Assembly: GCA_963816145.1 (NCBI GenBank)
Contig: CAWFJP010000014.1
Location: 480,001 to 544,000 of the forward strand
Direction: 5' to 3'
DNA from: an uncultured delta proteobacterium
Lineage (GTDB): Bacteria > Desulfobacterota > Binatia > UBA9968
Length of the DNA stretch: 64,000 nucleotides
Part shown: positions 29,330 through 39,501 of the stretch, piece by piece
Position numbering within the stretch: position 1 is the stretch's first letter
How the letters are laid out: the number at the start of each line of letters is the position of its first letter
Notes under the pieces: generated by a model
Database searches by the model: none
What the model was told of the DNA's origin: nothing
What the model saw: the letters and a program-made list of their open reading frames with translations, nothing else
Position numbers and translations under genes: made by a program

Positions 29330-30631
29330 CTATGCGATCCTTTCGCCGCGATAACTCATTGCCAAGATTTGCATCGGGTTGAGCGGCCGTTTGCCGTTGG
29401 CCTGTTCGATCTGGATTGCCGCGAGCGGGCAATCGGAGCAGGTTACCTTCGGATCACCTTCGGCCATTTCTTTAAATGCCCGGCCGCCATATTTGAGCGA
29501 CATTTCAAAGTTTTCCTTCTTCATGGCCCAGGTGCCGTCGTGACCGGAACATTCTTCGACCACTCTGACAGTGGTTTCGGGTAAGAGCGACAGCACATCG
29601 CGGGTTTTGTAGCCGACATTCTGGGCGCGCAGGTGACAGGGGATATGATAGCTGATCGCTCCTGCGCCAGTTTTGAAGTCCTTGTTGAGTTTGCCATCAG
29701 TTGCCAGTTTGGCAAGGAACTCCATCGGATCCATGGTCGCCGCAGCGACTTTCTTGGCTGGCTCGCTACCCAGCAGGCGCGGATATTCGACGCGGATCAT
29801 CTGCGAACAGGTTGGATTGGTTGCGATCACGGTTCTGCCGTCATCGACGAAGCGCAGCAGGTAGTCGACATTGCGTTTGGCCGCCGCGATGGCGCCGTCC
29901 ATATCGCCGTTGTGCCACAGCGGCATACCGCAGCAGCTCTCATAGGCGAGCGCGATATCGACGTTGTTGCGGGCCATAACTTCGAGCGTATCGTTGCCGA
30001 TCTCCGGCTGGTTGTAGTTTACATAGCAGGTCGAGAAAAAGGCGACAGACGCCGCCGGTTCACCGGCCGGTGCTTTGTGGTTTTGATTGAACTGCGCGGC
30101 GAAGGTTTGCGATGCGAAGGGCGGCAGTTTCTTGTCTTTATGGATGCCGACAACGCTTTCCATGAGTTGGCGATTGAGCGGGTTTTCGTTGCCCCAGTTG
30201 GCCAGCGGCGCGGTCATGGTGCCGACTTTGCCGACTAGATCCGGATTGCCGAGCAGTTTGTCGACCAGCGGCACGCCATTTTTCTTGACCGATTGGGACT
30301 TGGCTCGGTTCATCAAGCGGGGAAAGTCGATGGCCCATTCATGATCGCCCGGCGTATACGGGCATTTGATATAGCAGAGCTTACACTGGAAACAGAGGTC
30401 GACGACGGTGTCGACATCTGCCGGCTTGAGATTCTTGGTATTGACGTCGGCGTACTTGCCTTCGACACAGTAGTCATCGATGGCGTCGAAAAGTTTCGGA
30501 AAGCTGCCGCAATACTTAACGCACATGCGGCAGTCGGCGCAGAGGCCGAACACCCGTTCAACTTCGGAACGAAGGTCTTTTGTATCAAAAAATCGCGGAT
30601 CGGTGGGGTCATAGGCGGGTTGGTTCGCCAT
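29330..30631 (-). CDS. GlpC/HdrD-like Fe-S oxidoreductase (4Fe-4S + CCG domains)
   Basis: CADCRMCVKYC, CFQCKLCYIKCPY, CCGMP, PCHLRAQ, CSGHDG, SDCPLA. Confidence 0.88.
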   Translation of the reverse strand: MANQPAYDPTDPRFFDTKDLRSEVERVFGLCADCRMCVKYCGSFPKLFDAIDDYCVEGKYADVNTKNLKPADVDTVVDLCFQCKLCYIKCPYTPGDHEWAIDFPRLMNRAKSQSVKKNGVPLVDKLLGNPDLVGKVGTMTAPLANWGNENPLNRQLMESVVGIHKDKKLPPFASQTFAAQFNQNHKAPAGEPAASVAFFSTCYVNYNQPEIGNDTLEVMARNNVDIALAYESCCGMPLWHNGDMDGAIAAAKRNVDYLLRFVDDGRTVIATNPTCSQMIRVEYPRLLGSEPAKKVAAATMDPMEFLAKLATDGKLNKDFKTGAGAISYHIPCHLRAQNVGYKTRDVLSLLPETTVRVVEECSGHDGTWAMKKENFEMSLKYGGRAFKEMAEGDPKVTCSDCPLAAIQIEQANGKRPLNPMQILAMSYRGERIA

Positions 30632-30840
30632 TGCAGCTCCTTGGCTCGACGTAAATTTGCTGGAAGGTCAACCCGAGCAATTGCATAAAATAAACAAAAT
30701 TACCTGCTCGACCAATATCCTACGTCTACCAAGGACCCAGCGACGCTTCAACAAGAATTGAATATGCTCCTAGGCTTTTGGAATAACGGTGTATTTTTGC
30801 TGGTTATCGCCACGGTAAGAATTCCCCGGTGGGGCGCGTT

Positions 30841-30866
30841 AACGTTACCCGAGCTGCGCCGTCTAA
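30841..30866 (+). promoter_or_regulatory. Possible ECF-sigma promoter
   Basis: AAC-N17-GTCTAA, same -10 as the promoter in front of the ECF gene. Confidence 0.45.
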
Positions 30867-30887
30867 CTGGCCAAGGAGGATTTCACA

Positions 30888-31394
30888 ATGACAAAAACCA
30901 CAAAAACATTAATTGCCGCTGGGATCGTATCCCTGTTGATCATCGCAATGCCAAACTTGGCGAGCGCGGATGCACGTAGCCGGCAAAAGAAGCTGGACAA
31001 GGCCGCGGCGCGAGCCGAAAATGCTAGGGTGACCGAGTTGCAGCGCGACCGCGCCGAACTGCGCCGAGATTACGCCGAGCTGGAGCGTGATCGCGCCGAG
31101 CTGCGCCGGCTCCACCGCGCAGTCGCCGGCCGTGAAGAAATCATTCGCAAGCGCAACGAGGTGCAAGAGGGCCTGAGAGAAATCGCTCAGGATCGCCGCG
31201 AAATTAGAGACGATATCGGCGCGCTGCGTCGTGATCGGGACAACAGTAACGGCTGGTGGGGCAGCGACGATTGGCGGTACGATCGTTCGAGCCGAAACGA
31301 CAACAACGGTTGGGGCTGGGGACGCGACCGTCGGGACAATCAAGGCCGGTGGAATAAGTCCGATTTATGGAACTGGAGTTACGGTCGAAATTGA
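30888..31394 (+). CDS. Secreted coiled-coil protein with W/G/D/R-rich tail
   Basis: RBS AAGGAGG, signal peptide ending ASA, repeated DRAELRRD heptads. Confidence 0.7.
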   Translation: MTKTTKTLIAAGIVSLLIIAMPNLASADARSRQKKLDKAAARAENARVTELQRDRAELRRDYAELERDRAELRRLHRAVAGREEIIRKRNEVQEGLREIAQDRREIRDDIGALRRDRDNSNGWWGSDDWRYDRSSRNDNNGWGWGRDRRDNQGRWNKSDLWNWSYGRN

Positions 31395-31541
31395 TCGCGC
31401 CTGTAAGCGATTTACCATCGCATCTCTGGGAACGTTTATCGATGGGGGCAGGCTATGAAATCCTGCCCCCCCCTCGATGATTGACATAGCGATCAGGAGA
31501 GCCTTATAACCGAAGTCGAAAGATTCTTCGGAGGCTCAAAA

Positions 31542-32723
31542 TTGATCATCGATTGCGACACCCATCTAATGCCCCGGGACGCCTTTAACGCTGTCGGCGG
31601 TGCTCTGGAACCCTTAAAACCGACCCTCAAGTTCAACGATCAAGAGCTCTACTTTGACGTAGATTTTCCCGGCTATCCATCGGACGTGTCGGGAACTAGC
31701 CCGCTGCCGGCACCGGGTTCGGGGGCGATGTTTCGCAGTCTGTGGGATCCGATCGCGCGGATGAAAGACTACGATGGACGGTTAGCTATCGACCAACATA
31801 TCATCCTGCCGCAGTTTTCCGGCTGGTGGTCCTATCTGATCGAGCCGGAGCTGGCCTGCCGCATGGCGCGCTCGCACAATGAGTCGTTGCTGCGGGTGAT
31901 GCAAGAGTTCGCCGGCAAGATTTTCGGCTCGGCGCTGGTGCCGTTGCAGGATGTGCCGGCAGCAATCCGTGAAATGGAGTGGGCGCAAGACCACGGCTTT
32001 TGCTCCGTAGTTCTCGATAAAGTGTTTCCGGTAAAGGAGCACCCCTACGGTGAACCGCTTGGCAGCCACCGTGAGCTTTGGCCGTTTTTCAAACGCGCCG
32101 AAGAACTGTCGGTGCCGATTTATTTACACAACGTACAGCATGGGCACCGGATCAGTAATCTGTCGATCTTCCAGCGCGATGGTTTATATATTTTTGCGCC
32201 CCAAGAAGGCCAGATGAGTTTGGTGTCGCTGATCACCAGCGGTTTGCTCGACGAATATCCCAAGTTGCAGTTTATTTTTACCGAAGCCGGCACCTCATTC
32301 ATCAAACCGTTGGTGCAATGGCTCGACAAAGTCCTTGAGAGTCCGCCGGTCGATTACGACGATCAGGAAGACCCGCTCAACACCCGCGGCCCGTTAACCA
32401 AGGTCGGCGAGCGGCTGCGCCGCGCGCGAGCCATCAATCCAGCGCAATTATTTCTCGAAAAAAATCGGCAGCCAGCGAGTTTCTATTTCAAGAATAATTT
32501 TTATTTCACCATCGAGACCGAAGAGCCGGAGTTGCCGGAGGCGATCGAATTTCTCGGCGCCGAGCGGTTTCTCTTCGCCACCGATTACCCCCACGACGAT
32601 CCTGGCGGCCGGATGAAGTTTGAAGATGTCCGGCTCCTGCGTGATCACAAAAAAATCGCCGAGGAGGCGAAGGAGATGATTCGTTTCAAGAACGCGCAGC
32701 GTTTATTTACTTTGCCGGCATAA
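31542..32723 (+). CDS. Amidohydrolase_2 family protein
   Basis: IIDCDTH, VPIYLH, TEAG, FATDYPH; TTG start after GGAGG. Confidence 0.88.
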   Translation: MIIDCDTHLMPRDAFNAVGGALEPLKPTLKFNDQELYFDVDFPGYPSDVSGTSPLPAPGSGAMFRSLWDPIARMKDYDGRLAIDQHIILPQFSGWWSYLIEPELACRMARSHNESLLRVMQEFAGKIFGSALVPLQDVPAAIREMEWAQDHGFCSVVLDKVFPVKEHPYGEPLGSHRELWPFFKRAEELSVPIYLHNVQHGHRISNLSIFQRDGLYIFAPQEGQMSLVSLITSGLLDEYPKLQFIFTEAGTSFIKPLVQWLDKVLESPPVDYDDQEDPLNTRGPLTKVGERLRRARAINPAQLFLEKNRQPASFYFKNNFYFTIETEEPELPEAIEFLGAERFLFATDYPHDDPGGRMKFEDVRLLRDHKKIAEEAKEMIRFKNAQRLFTLPA

Positions 32724-32758
32724 CTCATTGCAGTAGAGTAGAAAGGTTAACACCCTAA

Positions 32759-33247
32759 GTGGCAATTCCGGAACGCTACAATACAGGCTACAACATCGGC
32801 GTCGGCGGCGCCGTGGTGCGCGACGATAAACTGCTCTTTGTGCGCCGCGCTTCGCGGCACGGCCGGGGCAATTGGCAGTTGCCGGGTGGTTTCATCGAGC
32901 CAGACGAGACCATCGAACAGGCCGTCGTGCGCGAGGTGCAAGAAGAAGCGGGAGTGACGGCTGAAGTCGAGGCGGTGCTCGGCCTGCGCAGCCGTTACGA
33001 CCCGGATAGCGGCAATGGTGTTTATGTGATCCTGCTATTGCGCCCGGTCGCCGGCGAGCCCCGCCCTGACGGCCATGAAACCGATCATGCAGAATTCTTC
33101 TCGCTGGAACAGATCGGCAAGCTCAACCCTCTGCCGCCGGTCAACTGGGAAATCGCCCAGCGCGTGCTCGCTCCGGACCGCCGCTTACTGCAGCCAAAAC
33201 CGCTGATGAATCTGAACGGGGCTAAGTTTACTCTATTCGTCGGTTAA
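32759..33247 (+). CDS. NUDIX hydrolase
   Basis: Nudix box PGGFIEPDETIEQAVVREVQEEAGV. Confidence 0.9.
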   Translation: MAIPERYNTGYNIGVGGAVVRDDKLLFVRRASRHGRGNWQLPGGFIEPDETIEQAVVREVQEEAGVTAEVEAVLGLRSRYDPDSGNGVYVILLLRPVAGEPRPDGHETDHAEFFSLEQIGKLNPLPPVNWEIAQRVLAPDRRLLQPKPLMNLNGAKFTLFVG

Positions 33248-33408
33248 ATCGCGTCGTTCGTATCGCGATCGAGCTGACTCAAGCGAGGCCTGAACCAGCG
33301 CTAATAGTCCGGCGATCTAGACGGACGAGTCTTTTCTACAAGTTGACTTGGGTAGAGAATCCCGCACGCGGCATCACGATGACTGATCAGACGCAAGCCG
33401 CTGAAACA

Positions 33409-34587
33409 CTAGCGGGACGGTTCAGGGTGATCCGCCGGCAAAATTGTCACTTTGACCAATAACTGGCGGTCGGCTTGCTTGGCGGCTTCGAGTTCCTTGG
33501 CGGTATTTTTCGGTTCTGACTCGATGTTCGCTTCCGCGGCGAGATCTTTCTTGAAGATCTCAAAATGTTCGGGGGCGACGTTGTAAAATCTAATTTCGGC
33601 GATGGATTCTATTTTTGCTCTAGCTGCCGCTGGTGTAGGTGGGCGGGATGCGGTTAGCGCTGGATTTTCTGTATCGTTCGATTTTTGCAGCGAATCAGCG
33701 CTGCTCAAGCTTTCCACTTGATCGCGGCGCTGGGGCGCGCGGCGGCGCACGGTGAATTCAAAATCGGTAACCCGATCACCGATGGGAGTCGCTCGCTCCA
33801 AAGCCATCGCGGTTGGGCGCAACTCGGACTGGCGCAGGGCGCCAAGCGACGCTGGAAGGGGGGCGCTTAGGCCGCGGGAGTCGCCAAAGATTGAACTGTT
33901 GTCCCGTGCTGTGGTCACTTCCTGTACCCGCAACGGGGGTCGTTTGAAAGCTACGGCTATTTCTTCTCCAGAGCTCTCTATTTCGGTTCTTAACGGCGTC
34001 GTCGCGGTCGCTTTTACTTGCTGGGATTGCGCTGGCGCGGATGATCCAGCACGGAGCGGGGTTCCGGCATCCGCTGTATTCTCGACGGCCGCCGGAACGT
34101 TGGCTGTCGTCGTCTTCTTTGCTTCGCTTGCGCGATCTTTGAGTGGTGCTACCGGCACGGCACTGGCGGGGGATAGTTCCTTTTCTTTAACTGGCGTTTG
34201 GCCTTGATATCTTAAAGCTAGATTGACATCGCTGTTTTGCTTTAACGGTTGTGCCTTTTGATAGAGCGCTATGGCGGAGATGGCGACTACCGCTAAAGCG
34301 GTTGCCCGGACTAGCACTCGGCTGGTGAGCGGCAGCAGCAGCCGTTGCCATAGACTCGGTTTCGGTTCCAGATCGTGTGCATGGGCCATGACCCGCTGAG
34401 CGAAGCCAAGCGGCGGATCGAGCGTCGGCAACGTCGCGACTTGCTGGATACAGTCAGCTAACTCATTGGATTCAGCACGACAGAGCGCGCAGGAGATAAC
34501 ATGGGTCGCGACTCTTGTGGTCATCGCCGTGTCGAGGGACTTGTCGAGATATTCCGTCAGATGCTTGGAAACCTCTTCGCAGTTCAT
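33409..34587 (-). CDS. Membrane-anchored zf-HC2 anti-sigma factor
   Basis: MNC...YLD...HVISCALC, one TM helix, long extracytoplasmic part; start overlaps sigma stop (ATGA). Confidence 0.85.
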   Translation of the reverse strand: MNCEEVSKHLTEYLDKSLDTAMTTRVATHVISCALCRAESNELADCIQQVATLPTLDPPLGFAQRVMAHAHDLEPKPSLWQRLLLPLTSRVLVRATALAVVAISAIALYQKAQPLKQNSDVNLALRYQGQTPVKEKELSPASAVPVAPLKDRASEAKKTTTANVPAAVENTADAGTPLRAGSSAPAQSQQVKATATTPLRTEIESSGEEIAVAFKRPPLRVQEVTTARDNSSIFGDSRGLSAPLPASLGALRQSELRPTAMALERATPIGDRVTDFEFTVRRRAPQRRDQVESLSSADSLQKSNDTENPALTASRPPTPAAARAKIESIAEIRFYNVAPEHFEIFKKDLAAEANIESEPKNTAKELEAAKQADRQLLVKVTILPADHPEPSR

Positions 34588-35162
34588 ACTGCCTTCCTTC
34601 CCGCGTAGAAATAGGATGCTAGTTCGGATTTGAGCGCTTGCCGGGCACGATGCAAGCGTGACTTAACGGTGCCCACCGGCAATTCGAGCACCCGCGCGAC
34701 TTCCTCGTAGGGCACATCTTGGAGGTCACGCAATAGGATCACTGTGGCGTCGTCGGCTGATAGGTTATTTAGGGCGCGCTGCACGGTTTCCCGAATTTCT
34801 TTTTTTTCCATGGATTCCGCTGGGCCGGGTTGGGGATCGCGCATTGGCTCGGTGTTATCGATGGGGACATTGCGCTGTTGGCGAGTATTCATGCTCTTGC
34901 GCCGCGTGGTGGCATGGTTCAGCGCGATGCGATAGAGCCAAGTGGAAAAATTGGCGTCGCCGCGAAATTGGCCGATGGCCCGGTAGGCCGACAGAAACAC
35001 CTCTTGGGCAGTCTCCGCCGCTTCATCATAGTCGCCCAACATGCGGTAGGCGAGGTTGAAGATGGTTTTCTCATGGCGCCGGATCAGTGCCTCAAAGGCG
35101 TCGGTCTGCCCGCGCTGTAGCTTTTGGACATAATCGGCGTCGCTGATCGAGTCGGACAGCAT
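34584..35162 (-). CDS. ECF RNA polymerase sigma factor
   Basis: QEVFLSAY, FSTWLYRIALN, YEEVA, GTVKSRLHRAR; start at 35162 favoured because ATG 35183 overlaps the -10 element. Confidence 0.92.
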   Translation of the reverse strand: MLSDSISDADYVQKLQRGQTDAFEALIRRHEKTIFNLAYRMLGDYDEAAETAQEVFLSAYRAIGQFRGDANFSTWLYRIALNHATTRRKSMNTRQQRNVPIDNTEPMRDPQPGPAESMEKKEIRETVQRALNNLSADDATVILLRDLQDVPYEEVARVLELPVGTVKSRLHRARQALKSELASYFYAGRKAV

Positions 35163-35175
35163 CGGTTCAGACGGG

Positions 35176-35204
35176 TTAGACATTGGCGTTAACAAAAAAG
35201 TTCC
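35176..35204 (-). promoter_or_regulatory. Autoregulatory ECF (RpoE-type) promoter
   Basis: Minus strand GGAACTT-N16-GTCTAA immediately upstream of the sigma gene. Confidence 0.75.
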
Positions 35205-35424
35205 GCTTACGCAAAAGAATTTTAGCACCCTTATGGGCCAGTCTACCGGTGTTTTCCGGGCAGGTAAAGTGTCTGAATTTTGACCACTTAGCGTGTTGAT
35301 TGCATTTTTCACCGAAGCTCTCGGGGCCTTGTGCGTCGCCATGATTTGGCAATTATGATGCATTGATTACCAGAAATGCGTGGGCAATCGGATCGATGGG
35401 GATAAAGTTGTCGCGCAACCCGGC

Positions 35425-36357
35425 TTACACGGCCTCGTTCCACAGGTGCGAGAACTGTCTGGCGACAACCTGGTCGTAGGCTGCCGGAGCCTTGAGCAGG
35501 CCGATATCCTGGGCGAAGCGGTTCATGCTCTCGACCTTTTCCGGTGGGATAGTCGGATCGTAGTAGGGCAGATCGCGGCGTACTAGTTCGGCGATCAGCT
35601 CAGCTTCGGAGGGCGGAAAGCGTTTTTGACCGACGGCGGTGGCGCGATTGGGGTCTTGCTTTAATGCCTTATGGGCTTTCATCATGGCGCGGATCGCTGC
35701 CCGGGCAGCTGGCGGATCGTCTTTGATCGTTTTGTCGGTCGCTACGAGTGCCGAGAACGTGTAGTGGCGCGCCACAGTGGGGCCATCGCCGCGGCGGACA
35801 TCGAGGACCATGGTGCCGACGCCGCGCCGCACCGCCACCTCGCAGCCCATGCCGTTGGCCCAAAAGCCGTCCAGCGTTCCTTCTTCCAATGCTTTGGCCG
35901 CGGAAAGGCCAAAGGAAACGCTTGGGCCTGCCGCGCCGGGAATCGGCATGATCTGCACGTGGTTTTTTACCGGATCGATACCGGCTTCCACCAGCATGCG
36001 TTGTAAGCTCAAGTTGACGCCGGGCGCGGCGCCGATGCGCAAGCCCTTGACGATGCTGAGGTCGCCGCGCTGCGGTTTCAGATCGCTGCGGATGACCAGA
36101 AACCAGTAGGTATGCTGGCCGCAGGCGGCAAGCAGCTTGGCGCCTTGCCACTCCGGAAACGCCAGTAGCGTCGCGTGCGCCGAGCCGACGACGAAGTCGA
36201 GCGAACCGTCGCGCAGTGCTTCAAAAGTCTTGGGAATAGGGAACAGCAAATCGACTGATGCGTCGAACCCTTCTTCTTTAAAAAATCCCATCTCGACTGC
36301 AGCAATAATTGGAAAATAAGAATTCGAAACTAGGTCCGGTACCGCTATGCGTAGCAT
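35425..36357 (-). CDS. NitT/TauT-type ABC solute-binding-fold protein (no signal peptide seen)
   Basis: GFFKEEG, KGLRIGAAPG, class II PBP pattern. Confidence 0.8.
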   Translation of the reverse strand: MLRIAVPDLVSNSYFPIIAAVEMGFFKEEGFDASVDLLFPIPKTFEALRDGSLDFVVGSAHATLLAFPEWQGAKLLAACGQHTYWFLVIRSDLKPQRGDLSIVKGLRIGAAPGVNLSLQRMLVEAGIDPVKNHVQIMPIPGAAGPSVSFGLSAAKALEEGTLDGFWANGMGCEVAVRRGVGTMVLDVRRGDGPTVARHYTFSALVATDKTIKDDPPAARAAIRAMMKAHKALKQDPNRATAVGQKRFPPSEAELIAELVRRDLPYYDPTIPPEKVESMNRFAQDIGLLKAPAAYDQVVARQFSHLWNEAV

Positions 36358-36434
36358 GATTTCTCCGCGATTTTTTCTGGCTTCCAAACGAATGAAACGA
36401 TTTGAACGTTTGGAACGACTGGAACCTTCTTCTT

Positions 36435-36785
36435 TTAGTCCGCCAACGGCACGGTCATGAAGACATGGGGATCATTGCCGAGCACGCGCGAGGTGTGGCC
36501 TTCGCCGGTGGTGTCGTCGGCGAGCATGACGTCGCCGGTTTTGAATACGCGCTTGACGCCGTTGCTGGCTTCGATTTCCCAGGAACCGGACAGGCTGACG
36601 AGGTATTGGCGCCGCGGCGCCGGATGGCGTTCCAAAAAGAGTCCGGCCGGCGCTGAGCGAAACACCGCGCCGGTGGCGGCGCGCATGTCCGTGCTCAGCA
36701 TCGGCTGGTTGCCACCGAACTTGAGTTCGATTTCTTCGAAGTGCGATTTTTGATCGCTGCCGCTGTAGAGTCTGACAATTTTCAT
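36435..36785 (-). CDS. Small cupin-like protein
   Basis: SHFEE, HPAPRRQY, DTTGEGH. Confidence 0.8.
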   Translation of the reverse strand: MKIVRLYSGSDQKSHFEEIELKFGGNQPMLSTDMRAATGAVFRSAPAGLFLERHPAPRRQYLVSLSGSWEIEASNGVKRVFKTGDVMLADDTTGEGHTSRVLGNDPHVFMTVPLAD

Positions 36786-36859
36786 GGGTCCTCCTGAATT
36801 ACTGATTGTGAAAGCTCGTGCAATTGGCGCGCGTTGATCGTTACCGGAAGACCTAGCTC

Positions 36860-36933
36860 ACCACGAAGGACACGAAGTTCACGAAGGAAAGAAAATTTGC
36901 TCCCAAACCTCGTGCCCTTCGTGCCTTCGTGGT
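36860..36933. repeat. Nonamer-array hairpin (CACGAAG family)
   Basis: accacgaaggacacgaagttcacgaagg ... cctcgtgcccttcgtgccttcgtggt. Confidence 0.85.
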
Positions 36934-36977
36934 AAACAACTCTGTTGCATATGATCGCGAATAATTAACTGTGCGCG

Positions 36978-37400
36978 TCAAATCTTGTACTCCAAGCCCG
37001 CGGCTTTGATCCCGGCGACGACGCAGGCTTCGTCTTCATCGGCGCTCGCGCCGCTGGCACCGGCTGCGCCGATGACGGTTTCGCCGTCCATGATCAGCAC
37101 GCCGCCGGCCACCGGCACTACTTTGCCACCGCTCATGTCGGATAGCGCTCCGAGAAAAGCGGGCATCTCCTTCAAGCGATTGCCGAGATGGCGGCTCGAC
37201 TCGCCCATGCCGATGGCGCCCCAAGCTTTGCTCACGGCGATGGTGGGGCGCAATAGACTCGCGCCGTCGTCACGTTGCAGCGCTTTGAGATTGCCGCCGT
37301 CGTCAAGCACGGCGACGCAGAGCGGGCGAATCTTGTTCTCGTGCGCGTGGGCGAGCGCTCGGTCACATATAAGCTTGGCCTTTTCCAATGTCAGCTTCAT
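36978..37400 (-). CDS. GlcG/HbpS family heme-binding protein
   Basis: VAVLDDGG, KAWGA, AGGVLI...IGAAGASG...DEAC. Confidence 0.88.
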   Translation of the reverse strand: MKLTLEKAKLICDRALAHAHENKIRPLCVAVLDDGGNLKALQRDDGASLLRPTIAVSKAWGAIGMGESSRHLGNRLKEMPAFLGALSDMSGGKVVPVAGGVLIMDGETVIGAAGASGASADEDEACVVAGIKAAGLEYKI

Positions 37401-37422
37401 AACTTTGCCGTTTCCTTTCGTA

Positions 37423-38043
37423 TCACAGAGGTATCTGTCGTTTGTCCATGGCACGGCGCCATTTTTTCTCCGCGTCTAGGCCGAAGACGAGAGACTTGTC
37501 CGCGCTGACGGTGAACCACGAGTTGGCTTTGATCTCTGCCTCCAATTGTCCAGGAGCCCAGCCAGCGTAGCCCATGATGAGCAACGCCTGGCGCGGACCG
37601 GTTCCCAATGCCAGCGCTTGCACCATCCTGGCGTCGACGGTCATGGCGATGCCGTCTTTGACTTTGGTGCTGCTGTCTATGACCATTTCATCGCTATGCA
37701 GGACAAATCCCTGGCGGCGCCCGACCGGGCCGCCGTAGTGCACCACGATTTCGCCCTTGGCGCCTTTGCTATCGATGCCAAAACCTTTCAGGACTTCGCT
37801 GACGGAACCCTTGGCAACCGGCTTGTTGATGACCAGGCCGACCGCGCCTTCGTCGCTATGTTTGACCAGGTAGATGACGGTTTCGGCAAAGCGCGGGTCG
37901 TTCATTTCACTGGTAGCGACGAGCAGTTGACCAGCCAAGGATCGTTCGGCGGCCGTTGTCGGGGCGCCGGACATGGCGATGACGATGGCTAACCGTGCCG
38001 CAGTTAGCCAAACCCACCGCTGATATATTGATCCTACCGCCAA
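37423..38043 (-). CDS. YqgE/AlgH family protein
   Basis: LLVAT, DPRFAETVIY, GLVINKP, GGPV, GYAGWAPGQLEAE. Confidence 0.9.
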   Translation of the reverse strand: MAVGSIYQRWVWLTAARLAIVIAMSGAPTTAAERSLAGQLLVATSEMNDPRFAETVIYLVKHSDEGAVGLVINKPVAKGSVSEVLKGFGIDSKGAKGEIVVHYGGPVGRRQGFVLHSDEMVIDSSTKVKDGIAMTVDARMVQALALGTGPRQALLIMGYAGWAPGQLEAEIKANSWFTVSADKSLVFGLDAEKKWRRAMDKRQIPL

Positions 38044-38078
38044 GGTTCGATCCCCGTAAGGTCAGGTCGCTGAATCGC

Positions 38079-38510
38079 CTAGCCGCGCACTTTAGGGCCG
38101 ACGCTTTCGATGGCGATGCGAATGATCACGCGTTTTTCGCGCACCATGCGTTCGTGAAACTCCGGCCAGCTCTTGTGCTCGCCGTAGGCTTGGCGCTGCA
38201 AGTAAACCAGCGTGTCGAGGGCTTCGGGCAACGAAACGATCTCGGCTTTGCCGCTGACTTGCACCCAGCCTTCGCCGTGAAAGGTTTTGGAAAAGGCGCA
38301 TAGTGCGGCGCGCGGATCGCGCCGCAGATTGTTGACCTTATAGGCGGTCTCCCGGCTACTGATCACTGCCCGGCCTTGGCTATCGAGGCCGCAGGTCACC
38401 GGCGACATCTGCAAGTCGCCGTTCTTGCGCCGGGTGGCGAGCACACCGTGATGGTGGTTTTTGAGAAATTCTTTGGCTTTGCCGGTTTCCACCGGAATAA
38501 ATTCCGCCAT
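38079..38510 (-). CDS. PPOX-class (F420-dependent-like) split-barrel oxidoreductase
   Basis: VLATRRKNG.Q.SPV, KVNNLRRDPR, EKRVIIRI. Confidence 0.85.
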   Translation of the reverse strand: MAEFIPVETGKAKEFLKNHHHGVLATRRKNGDLQMSPVTCGLDSQGRAVISSRETAYKVNNLRRDPRAALCAFSKTFHGEGWVQVSGKAEIVSLPEALDTLVYLQRQAYGEHKSWPEFHERMVREKRVIIRIAIESVGPKVRG

Positions 38511-38721
38511 TGGGCGATTTCCTTACTTCGGTTACTGAGTTCGATCGGATGATCGTCAAAGTAGAACACCGGCGCGATCAATTGCAAGCGCGCGGGATTA
38601 TCTGTCAGTTTTCCAGCTTCATCTATTAGCAATCAGCCATACAACCATAGCCGACGCTCGTTTCGCCTTGACCGGTTTGTTCACATAACTTATAACCAAC
38701 TCAGAGGACGAGCGTGTGAGT

Positions 38722-39405
38722 ATGACTATTCCAGAAATGAAGTGTCCGGAAATTCTTCCGGTATTTCCGTTAACCGGGGTGATGATGCTGCCGGGGACGG
38801 TGTTGCCGCTGCATATTTTCGAGCCGCGCTATCGCGCCATGGTCGAAGATGCACAGGAAGCCGCCAAGATATTCGGCATGATCCAGCCCTACACGCCGCA
38901 AAACGATAATCGCGGTCCGCAACCGGGCAGCGATGACGTCGCTCCGGATCTGTACCGCGTCGGCTGCGCAGGTTACATGGAGAAGTGCGAGAAATTGCCG
39001 GATGGCCGCTTCTTTGTCCAGCTCAAGGGAATCAACCGGTTTCGCTTCACTGAAGAATTGCCGCTGCAGCGCGGCTATCGCAGAGTCAAGGCGCTCTACA
39101 GCGACTTTCCCGACGCGGCTTTAGAGCAAGGCTGGCACTGCTCGCGGGCGGCGATCATCGAGGCGTTGTCGATCTACGGCAAAGCTCACGGCATGCAGGT
39201 CAATGCCGATCAAGCGTCAAAATTTTCCGATTTGGAATTGGTTAACTTGCTCGGCGTCTCATTGCCGTTTCATCCCGCCGAAAAACAAGCGCTGCTCGAA
39301 GCCGCGACCCTCAATGACCGGGAAAACATGCTCATCGACTTGCTCAAGCTCGGCGCCGGCCCGGCCGACGGCGACATCGAGATTGCTCCGCGCACGCTTA
39401 ATTAA
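38722..39405 (+). CDS. LON peptidase substrate-binding domain protein
   Basis: LPVFPL, LPLHIFEPRYRAM, DGRF, EKQALLEA. Confidence 0.9.
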   Translation: MTIPEMKCPEILPVFPLTGVMMLPGTVLPLHIFEPRYRAMVEDAQEAAKIFGMIQPYTPQNDNRGPQPGSDDVAPDLYRVGCAGYMEKCEKLPDGRFFVQLKGINRFRFTEELPLQRGYRRVKALYSDFPDAALEQGWHCSRAAIIEALSIYGKAHGMQVNADQASKFSDLELVNLLGVSLPFHPAEKQALLEAATLNDRENMLIDLLKLGAGPADGDIEIAPRTLN

Positions 39406-39412
39406 ATAACAC

Positions 39413-39495
39413 TAAGGGTAAGGAGTGAGTAGTCAATAGCGAGGAGAGGAGGAACTCCAGATGTTTGGAAGTCTCCTCACTCCTCACTACTTACG
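39413..39495. repeat. Inverted heptamer-array hairpin between convergent genes
   Basis: taagggtaaggagtgagtagt ... ctcctcactcctcactacttac. Confidence 0.55.
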
Positions 39496-39501
39496 TCATC
39501 C

